A stretch of 20,000 nt of DNA from an uncultured virus (IMG/VR IMGVR_UViG_3300030106_002045) (Duplodnaviria > Heunggongvirae > Uroviricota > Caudoviricetes): IMG/VR virus record IMGVR_UViG_3300030106_002045; one strand, written 5' to 3'. Below the pieces are notes generated by a model. The model had not been told where the DNA came from. It did not search any database and worked only from the letters and a program-made list of their open reading frames with translations. Shown piece after piece: positions 1 through 9,018 of this stretch. The number at the start of each line of letters is the position of its first letter. Position 1 is the first letter of the stretch. A program made the position numbers and the translations under genes.

Positions 1-547
1 CCCAATCTGCAGCTAATGGTGGTGTTTTAGCAGGTTTTTTACTTTTTGATGGTTCTTCTATTTTTGTATCATCAATTTTAGTCATTTGAGCACGAATATC
101 TGACATTTGTTCATATAATTTTACTTGTTCGTCAGTATTTCCTGTTTCAATAGCTTCTTTTAAACGTGATGATACACCTTGATATTGATTTTTTAATGAT
201 TTAGAACCAATGTCAAGTGTTCTTTTTTCTAAATTTGCAAGTCTTTCTTGCAAATCTACTACTCTTTGTTCAGCTTCTGCTCTTTTAGCCACTTCTTTTG
301 CTATTCTTTTACGAACTCGCTCAGAATATGGTGCATCTTCTGAATATGGTACAGTTTTTTTCGTTTCAACATCATATTTAACTTCATTTTCATATGACAT
401 ATCTGTATTTTTTTCTTTTTCTTCCTTATCTTCTGCTTTCTCTACAAGATCATCAATAGGATTTTTAGGAACTTCTACTTCCTTTTCCTCGTTTTCTTCT
501 ATTTTAACTTCTAACTCTTTCTGATCTTTTTCATCTTGGTTTGTCAT
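1..547 (-). CDS. Probable capsid scaffolding/assembly protein (3'-truncated by window edge; absent from the ORF track)
   Basis: ATG at 547 with AGGAG SD upstream. Open frame MTNQDEKDQKELEVKIEENEEKEVEVPKNP...YSERVRKRIAKEVAKRAEAEQRVVDLQERL... runs off the window. Acidic N-terminus, coiled-coil character, and position after portal/GroES are typical of scaffolding proteins. Confidence 0.6.
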   Translation of the reverse strand, partial: MTNQDEKDQKELEVKIEENEEKEVEVPKNPIDDLVEKAEDKEEKEKNTDMSYENEVKYDVETKKTVPYSEDAPYSERVRKRIAKEVAKRAEAEQRVVDLQERLANLEKRTLDIGSKSLKNQYQGVSSRLKEAIETGNTDEQVKLYEQMSDIRAQMTKIDDTKIEEPSKSKKPAKTPPLAADW

Positions 548-584
548 AGTAACTCCTATGTTGTCGATATCCTGATATATCGTA

Positions 585-950
585 TTATATTTGTTGAGAT
601 ACTATTTCAGGGCTGCTAATTGTTGCAAGTACCTCATCGTCATTTATTAACACCATTTTTACCTTTTGTACAGATATTTTTGCACCAGCATATCTACCAT
701 AAATTACCCAATCACCAACTTTGCACCAAGGTTTTCTTTCAGAATAACATTCTGGACCCATTGCTATTACTTTTCCAACAGAATTTAATAAACTCTGCAT
801 TTCTTTATTTGAATCAGGTAGATATATTCCACCTTTTGTTTTATCCATACTTCCTTTAGGTCTAATTAATATTCTATAACCAGCAGGTTGTGGAACTTCT
901 TTTGGTGTTTTTATAGAATCATCTGTTGCCCATTGTTCGTTACTTATCAT
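585..950 (-). CDS. groES: Phage-encoded co-chaperonin GroES (Cpn10)
   Basis: Cpn10 motifs PAGYRILIRP, KTKGGIYLP, GKVIAMGP, KVGDWVIYGRYAG, LINDDEVLA. Confidence 0.93.
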   Translation of the reverse strand: MISNEQWATDDSIKTPKEVPQPAGYRILIRPKGSMDKTKGGIYLPDSNKEMQSLLNSVGKVIAMGPECYSERKPWCKVGDWVIYGRYAGAKISVQKVKMVLINDDEVLATISSPEIVSQQI

Positions 951-1146
951 CTTCGTCTATATCTCCTTCCTGATATTTTTTAATTGTTTCATTAATTATT
1001 TCTAGAGCTTTATCTAAACCTTGTGCCATTCCATGTATTTTTTTGTAATCATGTAAAGTTTCTACATCTTTAGTTAACAAATTGTTACCTAATTCTGTTT
1101 TATATTTTTTAATTTGATTTTTTATTGTTTGTAGTAGTAGTTCCAT
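940..1146 (-). CDS. Hypothetical protein (conserved-type helical protein preceding phage GroES)
   Basis: 68-aa ORF in operon, overlaps groES start; 'YKKIHGMAQGLDKALEII' helix. Confidence 0.7.
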   Translation of the reverse strand: MELLLQTIKNQIKKYKTELGNNLLTKDVETLHDYKKIHGMAQGLDKALEIINETIKKYQEGDIDEDDK

Positions 1147-1303
1147 CTATTTGATCTGTTAAAAATTCTAATGTTTCATCAAAATTTTTTTGTAAACTGT
1201 TTGCAGCGATAGCAAATAATCTAGGTTTTACATGTTTTATAGAAATTTTTTTATTTTCTAAATATTTTTTAGCTTGTCTAATTTTTTCGTTGTCGAGTGC
1301 CAT
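1109..1303 (-). CDS. Hypothetical protein
   Basis: 64-aa ORF; TAATG coupling with upstream gene. Confidence 0.65.
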   Translation of the reverse strand: MALDNEKIRQAKKYLENKKISIKHVKPRLFAIAANSLQKNFDETLEFLTDQIDGTTTTNNKKSN

Positions 1304-1581
1304 TATTTTTTTCTTTTCTTTCTAATCGCTTCTTTACCTTTTTTAAATATAGAAGCAACTTTTGTTTTACCCATGACTTTAGCTCTTTGTTCTCCGACAG
1401 TTAAAATTTGTATTTTACGTGCATAAGGTTTTTTTATTCTTTTAACTTTAGCAACAGTTTTACGTGCATCAGCTGGTGTAGCAAATTTTATACCTACTGT
1501 GTCTTTAGGATTTTCGTCTGTATATAATCTCCTACCAGAACCTTTTGGTTTTTTTCCTGTTCCTTTTTTAGGGTCAGCCAT
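1303..1581 (-). CDS. Small basic hypothetical protein
   Basis: 92 aa, Lys/Arg-rich (MADPKKGTGKKPKGSGRRLYTDENP); TAATG-coupled to portal stop. Confidence 0.75.
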   Translation of the reverse strand: MADPKKGTGKKPKGSGRRLYTDENPKDTVGIKFATPADARKTVAKVKRIKKPYARKIQILTVGEQRAKVMGKTKVASIFKKGKEAIRKKRKK

Positions 1582-3890
1582 TACTTATCACGTTTTGCAA
1601 CTCTTGAAGCTGTTTCAACAATTTTAGCTTTTACTTCTGCGTCCTTTCTAGCTTGAGTTCTTTCTTTGTCTTTAACACCTTCAGCAAATCTCGCTTTTCT
1701 AATATTTAATTCTTCTGCTTTTAATTGTAATTGTGCAGCATCTTTTTGTCTTTCCATTTGTTCTTTTTGTTGTTCTGGACTTGGTGGCATAGACCCCATT
1801 AAACCTTGTGCAGCTTGTGCTGCTGCAGCAGCTATTCTATTTTCTTGTTCGATATTAATTTCTTGACTTGGCTCATCATTCATTTCTTTGTTAAATTCAC
1901 CAGATGAAGTAGGCATACCTTCTGGTACTTGAGCTTGCATTTGTTGTTGGTATAAATATGCCATATGTTGTCCTATATGAGCCATCATTGATGGATATAA
2001 AACTTCTTTAGCTTGTGGATTACCACCAAATCTTGGATCATTTATAAATTGTTGATGTACTATTATATGAGCTTGATGATCTTGATCTTCAAAAACTTTA
2101 ATTGGTTTACCATTTAATAATGCCATGTTTTCTGATACTGGATCTCGTCTTGGTGTTTCTTCATCTTCTATCATAAGTTCGTTATATTCTGGAACATTTA
2201 AAGCTTGTAAAAATCTTCTTGTTGCTTCTTTTACATTAATTATTTGTGGTGAAGATTGAGCTAGTTGTAAACCTGTTTGTGCTAAAGCTATTCTTTGTGC
2301 TTGAGAAAAAATATTAGGATCACTTACTGGTATTACATCTACTGCATCACTAAAATCTTTTCTTCTTATAATTTTCTTTTCTCCAATTACATCATATGGA
2401 TATTCATCATCTAAGTATTCTCCATTTAATTCATAAATTAATTTAAATTCTCTACCTTGAGCTTGGTGTAATCTTTTATGTATAGCACTAAATACTTTAG
2501 AACCTTGTTCTATTAAAGCGATGGTGGTTCCAACTGGACCGGAACCAGCGGAATCACCAATCATTGCATCTGCTATTGATGCAAAACGTCTTCCTGATTC
2601 AGTTAAAACGCCTAAAAGCTGTAAGAGAGTAGGTGATGGTTCTTTGAAAGGAAGAGGGATAAAACTCTTTCTAAGATCATCACCATAGGCTTCGACTTCT
2701 ACCCATTCACCAGGTGAAACAGTTATATCTCCACCTTCTATTCTTGCTCCTTTAGCTCTAAATCCTCCATTGAGGTTGGCAAAGGCAGCTGAATCTAGTA
2801 GAGCACGAAGTGCTCCAGTGCTTGCATGTTGCAGACCGCCGATCATTTGGATTAGGCCGAAACCATAAAAACCTAAACCAGGAAGATATTTATAATGTAT
2901 AAAATAAGTTCTTTTTCTTTTTAATGGATCATCTTCTTTCCAATTTCTTCTTATTGCTAAAACTACAGTGCTATCTTGGTCAACTGTTACAATGTAAGGT
3001 AAAGCTAAACCATTTTCATCTTCTCCTATATCTAAATTTGCGTGTATTTCTAAAATTGTATGTATCTTATCAGACATACTAGGTGTCATACCTTGTAATC
3101 TTTCCATTGTTTGTTCAACAGTTCCACCTTGATTTGAAGTTGTTTCAGTTTTACTTAATGGTACATCTTTATAAAATCCTTCTATTTGTCGTCTTTTAAT
3201 TTCGTTTCTTGAAAGTTTCATTACTTGAGTATATCTTTCAGATGTTTCTAAATCTGTATTATCATATGATATTACAAAATCTTCTGCTGGTACAAATACT
3301 GAACAAATTCTATCTAAAGAATTATCAAAATATATTTTTTTAAATGCAGAACCAGCTAAAGATAAATAAAATAACAACTGATCTAATTCATTAAAGTAGT
3401 CTTTTATTTGATTTGTTACTTGCCAATTCATAAAATCTTGAACACGTTGTGCTTGCTCTATTTTTTTATTTGAAGATTTACCAATCACTTGTGTTTTTAC
3501 TGGACCACCAGACGGAAAAAGTTCTGCTATTGCTCTTGCTTGAAACTGAGTTGCTGCCTCAGCCATTAATGGATGATGTACACCAGAAGCTCCCGGGAAA
3601 GGATCTTGTCTATCTTCTACAACGACACCTAACATTTTAAGACCTTTAGAATATTGATCTTCCCAATCTTTTCTAGATGATTTATCATCTTGATAAGCTT
3701 TAACTAAATCTCTACCAATACTATTTACTTCTTGATCTGTTAATTCTTCTGCTAAATTAGAATAATGATCTGATTCAAAAGCTTCTTCTTCTTTATCTGT
3801 TAAATCTGAATCGACTTCTACTTTAACTTTTTTACCTTTATCATCAGTAAATTCTAAATTTTTTTTATCTAATTCTACTTCTAAAGCCAT
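1581..3890 (-). CDS. Portal protein
   Basis: 769 aa. Motifs SRKDWEDQYSKGL, PFPGASGVHHPL, GSAFKKIYFD, YLPGLGFYGFGL, PVGTTIALIEQG and a C-terminal coiled coil. Lies between terminase and head genes. Confidence 0.88.
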   Translation of the reverse strand: MALEVELDKKNLEFTDDKGKKVKVEVDSDLTDKEEEAFESDHYSNLAEELTDQEVNSIGRDLVKAYQDDKSSRKDWEDQYSKGLKMLGVVVEDRQDPFPGASGVHHPLMAEAATQFQARAIAELFPSGGPVKTQVIGKSSNKKIEQAQRVQDFMNWQVTNQIKDYFNELDQLLFYLSLAGSAFKKIYFDNSLDRICSVFVPAEDFVISYDNTDLETSERYTQVMKLSRNEIKRRQIEGFYKDVPLSKTETTSNQGGTVEQTMERLQGMTPSMSDKIHTILEIHANLDIGEDENGLALPYIVTVDQDSTVVLAIRRNWKEDDPLKRKRTYFIHYKYLPGLGFYGFGLIQMIGGLQHASTGALRALLDSAAFANLNGGFRAKGARIEGGDITVSPGEWVEVEAYGDDLRKSFIPLPFKEPSPTLLQLLGVLTESGRRFASIADAMIGDSAGSGPVGTTIALIEQGSKVFSAIHKRLHQAQGREFKLIYELNGEYLDDEYPYDVIGEKKIIRRKDFSDAVDVIPVSDPNIFSQAQRIALAQTGLQLAQSSPQIINVKEATRRFLQALNVPEYNELMIEDEETPRRDPVSENMALLNGKPIKVFEDQDHQAHIIVHQQFINDPRFGGNPQAKEVLYPSMMAHIGQHMAYLYQQQMQAQVPEGMPTSSGEFNKEMNDEPSQEINIEQENRIAAAAAQAAQGLMGSMPPSPEQQKEQMERQKDAAQLQLKAEELNIRKARFAEGVKDKERTQARKDAEVKAKIVETASRVAKRDK

Positions 3891-4174
3891 TATGCTTTCC
3901 TTTTAGTTTTTTTCTTTCTGCCATCTGGTCTTCTGTTTCTATCTCGTTTACCTTTTAAAATATCTCTATCAACTTTAGCAGCTTTACCACCCGTTAATGC
4001 AGAATTTACTCTAGCCATAGCCCATGCTTGTGGGCTAACACCTTTTCTATGACCACTTGTTCTATATGCAGCCAAGCCTCTATTATAAATTGCTCTTATT
4101 TTGGAAGTTGATACACCAGTTTTTTTTGCTTTGTTTCTAATCGCTGTTGCGGTACTCGATTTTCTTTTAGCCAT
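3890..4174 (-). CDS. Small basic protein (resembles DUF5824-type family, from memory)
   Basis: Motif IYNRGLAAYRTSGHRKGVSPQAWAMARVNS; 94 aa; coupled to portal start. Confidence 0.7.
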   Translation of the reverse strand: MAKRKSSTATAIRNKAKKTGVSTSKIRAIYNRGLAAYRTSGHRKGVSPQAWAMARVNSALTGGKAAKVDRDILKGKRDRNRRPDGRKKKTKRKA

Positions 4175-4421
4175 ACATTCTCCTAAATCTTTTATTATGT
4201 ATACTTTCTTTTTTAGATCCTACAAATTTTCCACCTTTTTTATCTCCAGGTAAAACTCCAGAACCTTTATTATCTTTGTTTAATCTTTTAATAGCAGCTT
4301 TTCTTGCACTACGAAGTTTTCCAGAAGTGCCAGTTAAATATTTTTTAGGTACCTTTTTACCTTTTTTTCTTTTTCTAGGTACAGATACTTGTTTAGTAAA
4401 ATTAGCACGTGACATTGGCAT
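4167..4421 (-). CDS. Small basic hypothetical protein
   Basis: 84 aa, very K/R-rich, overlaps neighbours in operon. Confidence 0.7.
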   Translation of the reverse strand: MPMSRANFTKQVSVPRKRKKGKKVPKKYLTGTSGKLRSARKAAIKRLNKDNKGSGVLPGDKKGGKFVGSKKESIHNKRFRRMYG

Positions 4422-4543
4422 TATTTTGGAAAACCTCTTCTCATGTTTTTATATGCTTTTTTAGAAATAGTGGATTTCTTTTTAGTTCTAGAAATTCCTT
4501 TTTTTCTACGAGCATTTATGTTTGCATAAAGACCTTTTTTCAT
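4421..4543 (-). CDS. Tiny basic protein (40 aa, below ORF-track cutoff)
   Basis: MKKGLYANINARRKKGISRTKKKSTISKKAYKNMRRGFPK*; TAATG overlap with next gene; GGAGG upstream. Confidence 0.7.
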   Translation of the reverse strand: MKKGLYANINARRKKGISRTKKKSTISKKAYKNMRRGFPK

Positions 4544-4608
4544 TTTTGCATCATACCTCCTGGTTCATACCATACTTTCCTGTATAAGATATAAAACAAA
4601 AATATTGA

Positions 4609-4821
4609 TTATTCTAGTATTATTTTCTTGATTGATTGAGAACCATCAATGTTTTTTTCTAACTCTGCTTTACCTTTCCAACATTTATATGTAACAGATT
4701 CAGAATATTGTCTTTCTGCAGTTCTTTTTCCACGTAAACATTCAGCCATTGATGATTGTAAACGAGCTTCTTTTATCTCTCCGTTTACAAACATTAGTAA
4801 TCCTACTACAGCCTCTATCAT
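4609..4821 (-). CDS. Hypothetical protein (hydrophobic N-terminus, 2 Cys)
   Basis: 70 aa; ATGA overlap with upstream gene. Confidence 0.7.
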   Translation of the reverse strand: MIEAVVGLLMFVNGEIKEARLQSSMAECLRGKRTAERQYSESVTYKCWKGKAELEKNIDGSQSIKKIILE

Positions 4822-5243
4822 TTTCCATTACCGTTTGTATATTTCATTTCTCTGTTTTGATCTTTCAATTTTTCTATATCAACTAAAACTTTATCCATCT
4901 GCCCTCTTAAAAATTCTATATTAACTTTGTTTAAAGCCATAGATTCTATATGTTTATTTAACTTGTCGGTAGTCTTATATAAATCCTCGATCATCATAAA
5001 TTGTTCTGAATCAGCAGGTAAAGAACCTAATTGTCCACGTGGCCATTTAATTCTAAATTCTGTATTTTCTTCTAAATCTTTTTCCATTATCTGTATACGA
5101 GTATCAGCAACATTTAGTCGTTCTATAATTTGAAAATAACCCATTGTTCCAAGTGCTACAATTATAATTAAACTTGCAACAGTCTTCATTGGCATTTGTA
5201 CAGCTGCCTCCTCTGATATATTTAATGGTTTTTTAATAGGCAC
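4818..5243 (-). CDS. Membrane-anchored coiled-coil protein
   Basis: TM segment TVASLIIIVALGTMGYF followed by coiled coil. GTG at 5243 preceded by GGAGG is a better start than the TTG at 5255. Confidence 0.7.
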   Translation of the reverse strand: MPIKKPLNISEEAAVQMPMKTVASLIIIVALGTMGYFQIIERLNVADTRIQIMEKDLEENTEFRIKWPRGQLGSLPADSEQFMMIEDLYKTTDKLNKHIESMALNKVNIEFLRGQMDKVLVDIEKLKDQNREMKYTNGNGK

Positions 5244-5310
5244 TAGGTCCTCCAAAAAGTGCGAGTAAAGTTATTAATATGATTAGAATTGCAGTAAAGT
5301 AATAATTCAT
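5233..5310 (-). CDS. Small hydrophobic peptide (25 aa)
   Basis: MNYYFTAILIILITLLALFGGPSAY*; ATG directly after upstream stop; fills operon gap. Confidence 0.5.
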   Translation of the reverse strand: MNYYFTAILIILITLLALFGGPSAY

Positions 5311-5616
5311 CTAACATCTCCACCGCCTTCTAGCTTGTCTTATTCTAGAATTAGGATTATTTCTTGTTTTGGCAGAGCTTCTTTTTAATTGACCTAGTGA
5401 TCTTGCACAATATGATTTTCTTCTTTTTGCTGCTTTACTACCTGGTTTAACTTTACCAGTTACTGCCATTTTTAATTTAGAACCAGGATTAGCTCGTCTA
5501 TAAGCTTTAATTCCTGCTCTTGTCATACCAGCACCTTTTTTAGTAGGTCGATAATATTTTTTTCTTCTTGGTATATCTCCAGTTCTTTTTCTAGGTCTTA
5601 TTCTTGTTCTAGCCAT
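5311..5616 (-). CDS. Arg/Lys-rich basic protein (resembles DUF6321-type family, from memory)
   Basis: Motifs GIKAYRRANPGSKLK, KRRKSYCARS and terminal RRRWRC. Confidence 0.72.
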   Translation of the reverse strand: MARTRIRPRKRTGDIPRRKKYYRPTKKGAGMTRAGIKAYRRANPGSKLKMAVTGKVKPGSKAAKRRKSYCARSLGQLKRSSAKTRNNPNSRIRQARRRWRC

Positions 5617-5618
5617 AA

Positions 5619-6236
5619 TTAATAACCACCTGCTCCTGCTGCTGCATCATCGGCTGCTTGTGATGCTGCTGCATCTGCAGCTGCTTGTCCTCCAGCATGT
5701 CCACCACTTACATTACCACCACCCATTTTAATATCACGAGCTGTAGGTTGTATGTTCATAATTCCTGTTGGAAATGTTTGTACATCACCTTGTGGATCTT
5801 GCATAGTAATATTTTCAATTCTTTTTTCTTCATTACTTTTTAAAGCAGCACCTGCAAAAAAAGGTATAGCAAATGGAGTTATTACACCAGCTAAACCAGC
5901 ACCAGTTGTTACATTATATGCTGCAGTACCTATTCTTAAAGCATTTTGTACATTAGAAGGAATTCCTAGAGTATCTTCTACAAAACTATTATAATAACTT
6001 ATATTATCGGCAAGTATATTCTTGGCAGATTTTTTTGAGGATTTAGTAGGTTTTTGAAAATCAAATTCAAAAAAACCTTTTTTCTTATCTTTTTCAATAT
6101 CTTCAATTTCAGAATATTTTTCATCAAATGTTTTAGGTTTGTTAAAATCTTTAATTTGACCATCATCACCTTCAAATATAGGACATACTCCATTTACAGA
6201 CATTCTTCCGTTTGGACATATAAATTCTTTTATCAT
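5619..6236 (-). CDS. Hypothetical protein with Gly/Ala-rich C-terminus (possible internal virion protein)
   Basis: 205 aa; hydrophobic GAGLAGVITPFAIPFFAGAAL segment; low-complexity AAADAAASQAADDAAAGAGGY tail. Confidence 0.65.
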   Translation of the reverse strand: MIKEFICPNGRMSVNGVCPIFEGDDGQIKDFNKPKTFDEKYSEIEDIEKDKKKGFFEFDFQKPTKSSKKSAKNILADNISYYNSFVEDTLGIPSNVQNALRIGTAAYNVTTGAGLAGVITPFAIPFFAGAALKSNEEKRIENITMQDPQGDVQTFPTGIMNIQPTARDIKMGGGNVSGGHAGGQAAADAAASQAADDAAAGAGGY

Positions 6237-6361
6237 CTGCCTTGACCCCTATATTTTTTTCTAGTAAATTTTTTATTTGGTCGCTTACTATGACGACCAG
6301 GTCTTTTTCTTGGCTTATCTCTTGGAAGAAAACTTAAACCAATCGCAGCCTTTCTAGCCAT
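6233..6361 (-). CDS. Tiny basic protein ending KKYRGQGR (42 aa, below ORF-track cutoff)
   Basis: MARKAAIGLSFLPRDKPRKRPGRHSKRPNKKFTRKKYRGQGR*; starts right after upstream stop; ATGA overlap downstream. Confidence 0.7.
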   Translation of the reverse strand: MARKAAIGLSFLPRDKPRKRPGRHSKRPNKKFTRKKYRGQGR

Positions 6362-6634
6362 TTACTTTTTTTTATTTAAATTAATCGGAATAACTTTATC
6401 TTTATTTCTTTTGATAATTTTAGAAATTCCTGGATAATTTTTTGCTTTTCCTTTGTAAATAACTCCACCTTTACCAAAATGATCCTTAACAAGCTCATCT
6501 TTTTTGGCAATCATTTCTCTGTCTTTTGATTTACCTTCTTCATAGCCATCATCATCTAACATTTTAGCTTTAGATGTATCTTCAAAATCTACATCTAAAA
6601 TTTCTTTTGTTACGTCTTTTGTAGTTTTAGCCAT
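6362..6634 (-). CDS. Hypothetical protein
   Basis: 90-aa ORF, TAATG-coupled. Confidence 0.7.
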   Translation of the reverse strand: MAKTTKDVTKEILDVDFEDTSKAKMLDDDGYEEGKSKDREMIAKKDELVKDHFGKGGVIYKGKAKNYPGISKIIKRNKDKVIPINLNKKK

Positions 6635-6792
6635 TATCTTTTTTTCCGTTTCTTCATTTTTAATTCACGTACTATTCTTTTCTTCTCAGCTTTAAGATTT
6701 TTTTTACCTTTTTTAGTTTTTGCTTTTTCAGCATCAACTCTGCCAAGTTCTTCAAGTCTATTCATACGTCTTGTGTTTTTTCTTTTCTTCAT
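6634..6792 (-). CDS. Tiny basic protein (52 aa, below ORF-track cutoff)
   Basis: MKKRKNTRRMNRLEELGRVDAEKAKTKKGKKNLKAEKKRIVRELKMKKRKKR*; coupled at both ends. Confidence 0.7.
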   Translation of the reverse strand: MKKRKNTRRMNRLEELGRVDAEKAKTKKGKKNLKAEKKRIVRELKMKKRKKR

Positions 6793-6986
6793 CATCTTTT
6801 TTTCTTGCCTTTCCTTTTAATTACACCACGTGCAATTAAAATATCTTTTTTAGTTACTTTGCCATCTCCAGACATATCTGGAAATTTGCCTTTTTTCTTT
6901 TTCTTTTTTTTCTTCATCATCTTTCCAGTCATTTTAGAATTTTGCATTCTACCTTGACCAGAGCCTGCGCCTGCTGTCATTTTCAT
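6792..6986 (-). CDS. Basic protein with a single EF-hand-like loop
   Basis: Poly-Lys followed by PDMSGDGKVTKKDIL (DxxxDGxVxxxD). Confidence 0.7.
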   Translation of the reverse strand: MKMTAGAGSGQGRMQNSKMTGKMMKKKKKKKKGKFPDMSGDGKVTKKDILIARGVIKRKGKKKR

Positions 6987-7231
6987 TAGAACGTCTCCAC
7001 TTCTATTTTAATACCACGCATCATTTTTGCATGTTCTGCTTTTCTTGTATCATCTTCTTTTACAACTTCGTCACCAGGATTTTGCATTGCTTTCTTTAAC
7101 ATAGCAGCATCTTCTACAGCACCAGGAAACTTATCATAAAATCTTTTATTAGCAGCCTTGACATCCTCAACACTATAGGTTTTTACACCTATCTTTGGCG
7201 ATGGGCTTGTTCTTTTAAAAGGGTTACTCAT
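6986..7231 (-). CDS. Hypothetical protein
   Basis: 81 aa; GGAGG SD upstream; coupled. Confidence 0.7.
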   Translation of the reverse strand: MSNPFKRTSPSPKIGVKTYSVEDVKAANKRFYDKFPGAVEDAAMLKKAMQNPGDEVVKEDDTRKAEHAKMMRGIKIEVETF

Positions 7232-7583
7232 CTTTCAGATCCTCCGTTGTACTTATTTTTTTGGAAACTATACTTTGAAATATCGAGTGTGTAAAGGTCG
7301 GAAGCATTAATTCGCTAATAGGATTATCGACATGGCCTGTAGACCACGAAATACATGGTACTCCTTTCTGGTCCCAAGCAACCAAAGCATAACCTTTTAC
7401 ATCAATTTTATCAGTAATTTTTATACAAGCATCGTGAAAAGCTTGAACAACTTCGTCATTTTGTTTATGTACAATTTCTTTTTTGGTAGGCCTTCGAGGA
7501 GTTACTCTCCATCTATCAAGAGTAATAATGTTTGTTTTTGCGGTATTTTCTTTTTTCGTCATAATCATCGTCCTCAGGATCAT
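7224..7583 (-). CDS. Hypothetical protein (start may be 7568 or 7562)
   Basis: ORF overlapping the terL 3' end; globular-looking C-terminal part. Confidence 0.65.
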   Translation of the reverse strand: MILRTMIMTKKENTAKTNIITLDRWRVTPRRPTKKEIVHKQNDEVVQAFHDACIKITDKIDVKGYALVAWDQKGVPCISWSTGHVDNPISELMLPTFTHSIFQSIVSKKISTTEDLKDE

Positions 7584-9018
7584 CTGGATGTGTTACTAAA
7601 AACCCATCACGCATTCTCATTAAAGCTTGTATACAAGTATCATGTATATCATCGTGCTTTCCATATGGGAATTGAGATGATTCTTCAATTACACTCTTAG
7701 TCCAATCTTCATCCAAAGTAAACACTAATCCACCTTCAAACATTGCAGCTACACTATGAGTTCTTGAAACTTTATCTCTTTCTGGAGTATAAGTAACTAC
7801 AGGTACTCCTGACCTTCTCATATCTTGTATAAGAGATTGACCACTAGCTCTTTTTTCTATTAATACTTGATCGGGCATCCATTCATCATAACTTTCTTGC
7901 GCACGTTTTCTTAAATCTGGATATTCTAATCTTTCTTTCCAGGCGTCTAATAATAAACATGCAGCATATGGAGTATTGTTTTCATCTCTTGCTGTAAATA
8001 CTCCCCATGTAGTACAAGCTGAATAGTCAGCAGAGGATCTTGTACTGAATGCTGTATCATAAGATTGTACAACATAACCTAATGTAGGAATTTTATCTCC
8101 TTCGTAAATATTCCACCAATCTTTTTTTATAATAGAACCTTCTTCGTTAGAGGGTCTTTGTTGATAAAGAGATTGCCATACACGTTCTCCTACTGTATTT
8201 TGTATTTTATCTAAATCTTCTTTTGAATAAGCATCTGGCCATAAAGCATTTCCTTCTTTATCAATCGCAGGTAAATCTAAAATTTTCCAATCTTCACTAG
8301 ATTCATTTAAAATATAACCCGCAAGGTCATCTTGGTGCCAACGAGTTTGTATTACTATAACTTTACCACCTGGTTGTAATCGAGTATATGCTACAGATTT
8401 ATACCACTCTAATAAATTTTTTCTTTGTACTTCTGATTCTGCGTCCTCTCTTCCTTTTATAGGATCATCTATAATTAATAAATGCGCACCTCTACCAGTA
8501 ATAGCTCCGCCTGCACCGACTGCTGCATAAGTTCCTCCATGTATAGTATGAAATCTTTTAGCTGATGTACTATCTGATCGAAGGGCCACTTGTGGAAATA
8601 CTTTGTTATAATCGTCAGATTGAAGTTGATTACGGACCTTTCGTCCAAAGTCATCAGCCAGTTCTTGAGCATATGTAGATTGAATTACAAATTCGTTTGG
8701 ATTATTACCAAGATACCAAGCAGGAAAAAATTCTGAGCATAACATAGATTTACCATGTCGAGGTGGCATAAAGACTGCTAGCCTTTTAATATCTCCTTTT
8801 TCTAAACTTTCTAAATTTTTTGCAATTAATTTTATATGCGCAGGTTCTTTATAACCAGGATACATATGTTTAGCATAAGCTAAAAAATTATTACGAGCTT
8901 TATAAGTAGATAATAAATTATTTAAATGTTCAATTAATTCACCTGCACGTTTATCACGTGTCTTTTGGTATATCTGAATAGCTGACTTTAATTTCTCTTT
9001 GATTTGAACTTCTTGCAT
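7516..9018 (-). CDS. terL: Terminase large subunit
   Basis: Walker A MPPRHGKS, Walker B LLIIDD, coupling motif QTRWH, nuclease motifs SYDTA, IEKRASG and FPYGKHDDIHD. Confidence 0.96.
   Translation of the reverse strand: MQEVQIKEKLKSAIQIYQKTRDKRAGELIEHLNNLLSTYKARNNFLAYAKHMYPGYKEPAHIKLIAKNLESLEKGDIKRLAVFMPPRHGKSMLCSEFFPAWYLGNNPNEFVIQSTYAQELADDFGRKVRNQLQSDDYNKVFPQVALRSDSTSAKRFHTIHGGTYAAVGAGGAITGRGAHLLIIDDPIKGREDAESEVQRKNLLEWYKSVAYTRLQPGGKVIVIQTRWHQDDLAGYILNESSEDWKILDLPAIDKEGNALWPDAYSKEDLDKIQNTVGERVWQSLYQQRPSNEEGSIIKKDWWNIYEGDKIPTLGYVVQSYDTAFSTRSSADYSACTTWGVFTARDENNTPYAACLLLDAWKERLEYPDLRKRAQESYDEWMPDQVLIEKRASGQSLIQDMRRSGVPVVTYTPERDKVSRTHSVAAMFEGGLVFTLDEDWTKSVIEESSQFPYGKHDDIHDTCIQALMRMRDGFLVTHPDDPEDDDYDEKRKYRKNKHYYS

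Noticed and set aside
563..583. Imperfect inverted repeat CGATATC..GATATATCG between groES and the scaffold gene
   Set aside because: Short, imperfect and without a U tract; not enough to call a terminator or operator
210..7700. Plus-strand ORFs in the track (210-524, 620-859, 1666-1866, 3449-3640, 4276-4464, 4409-4594, 4649-4924, 4927-5133, 5752-5994, 6054-6245, 7332-7700)
   Set aside because: Antisense shadows of well-supported minus-strand genes; S/F/L-rich composition and no recognisable motifs
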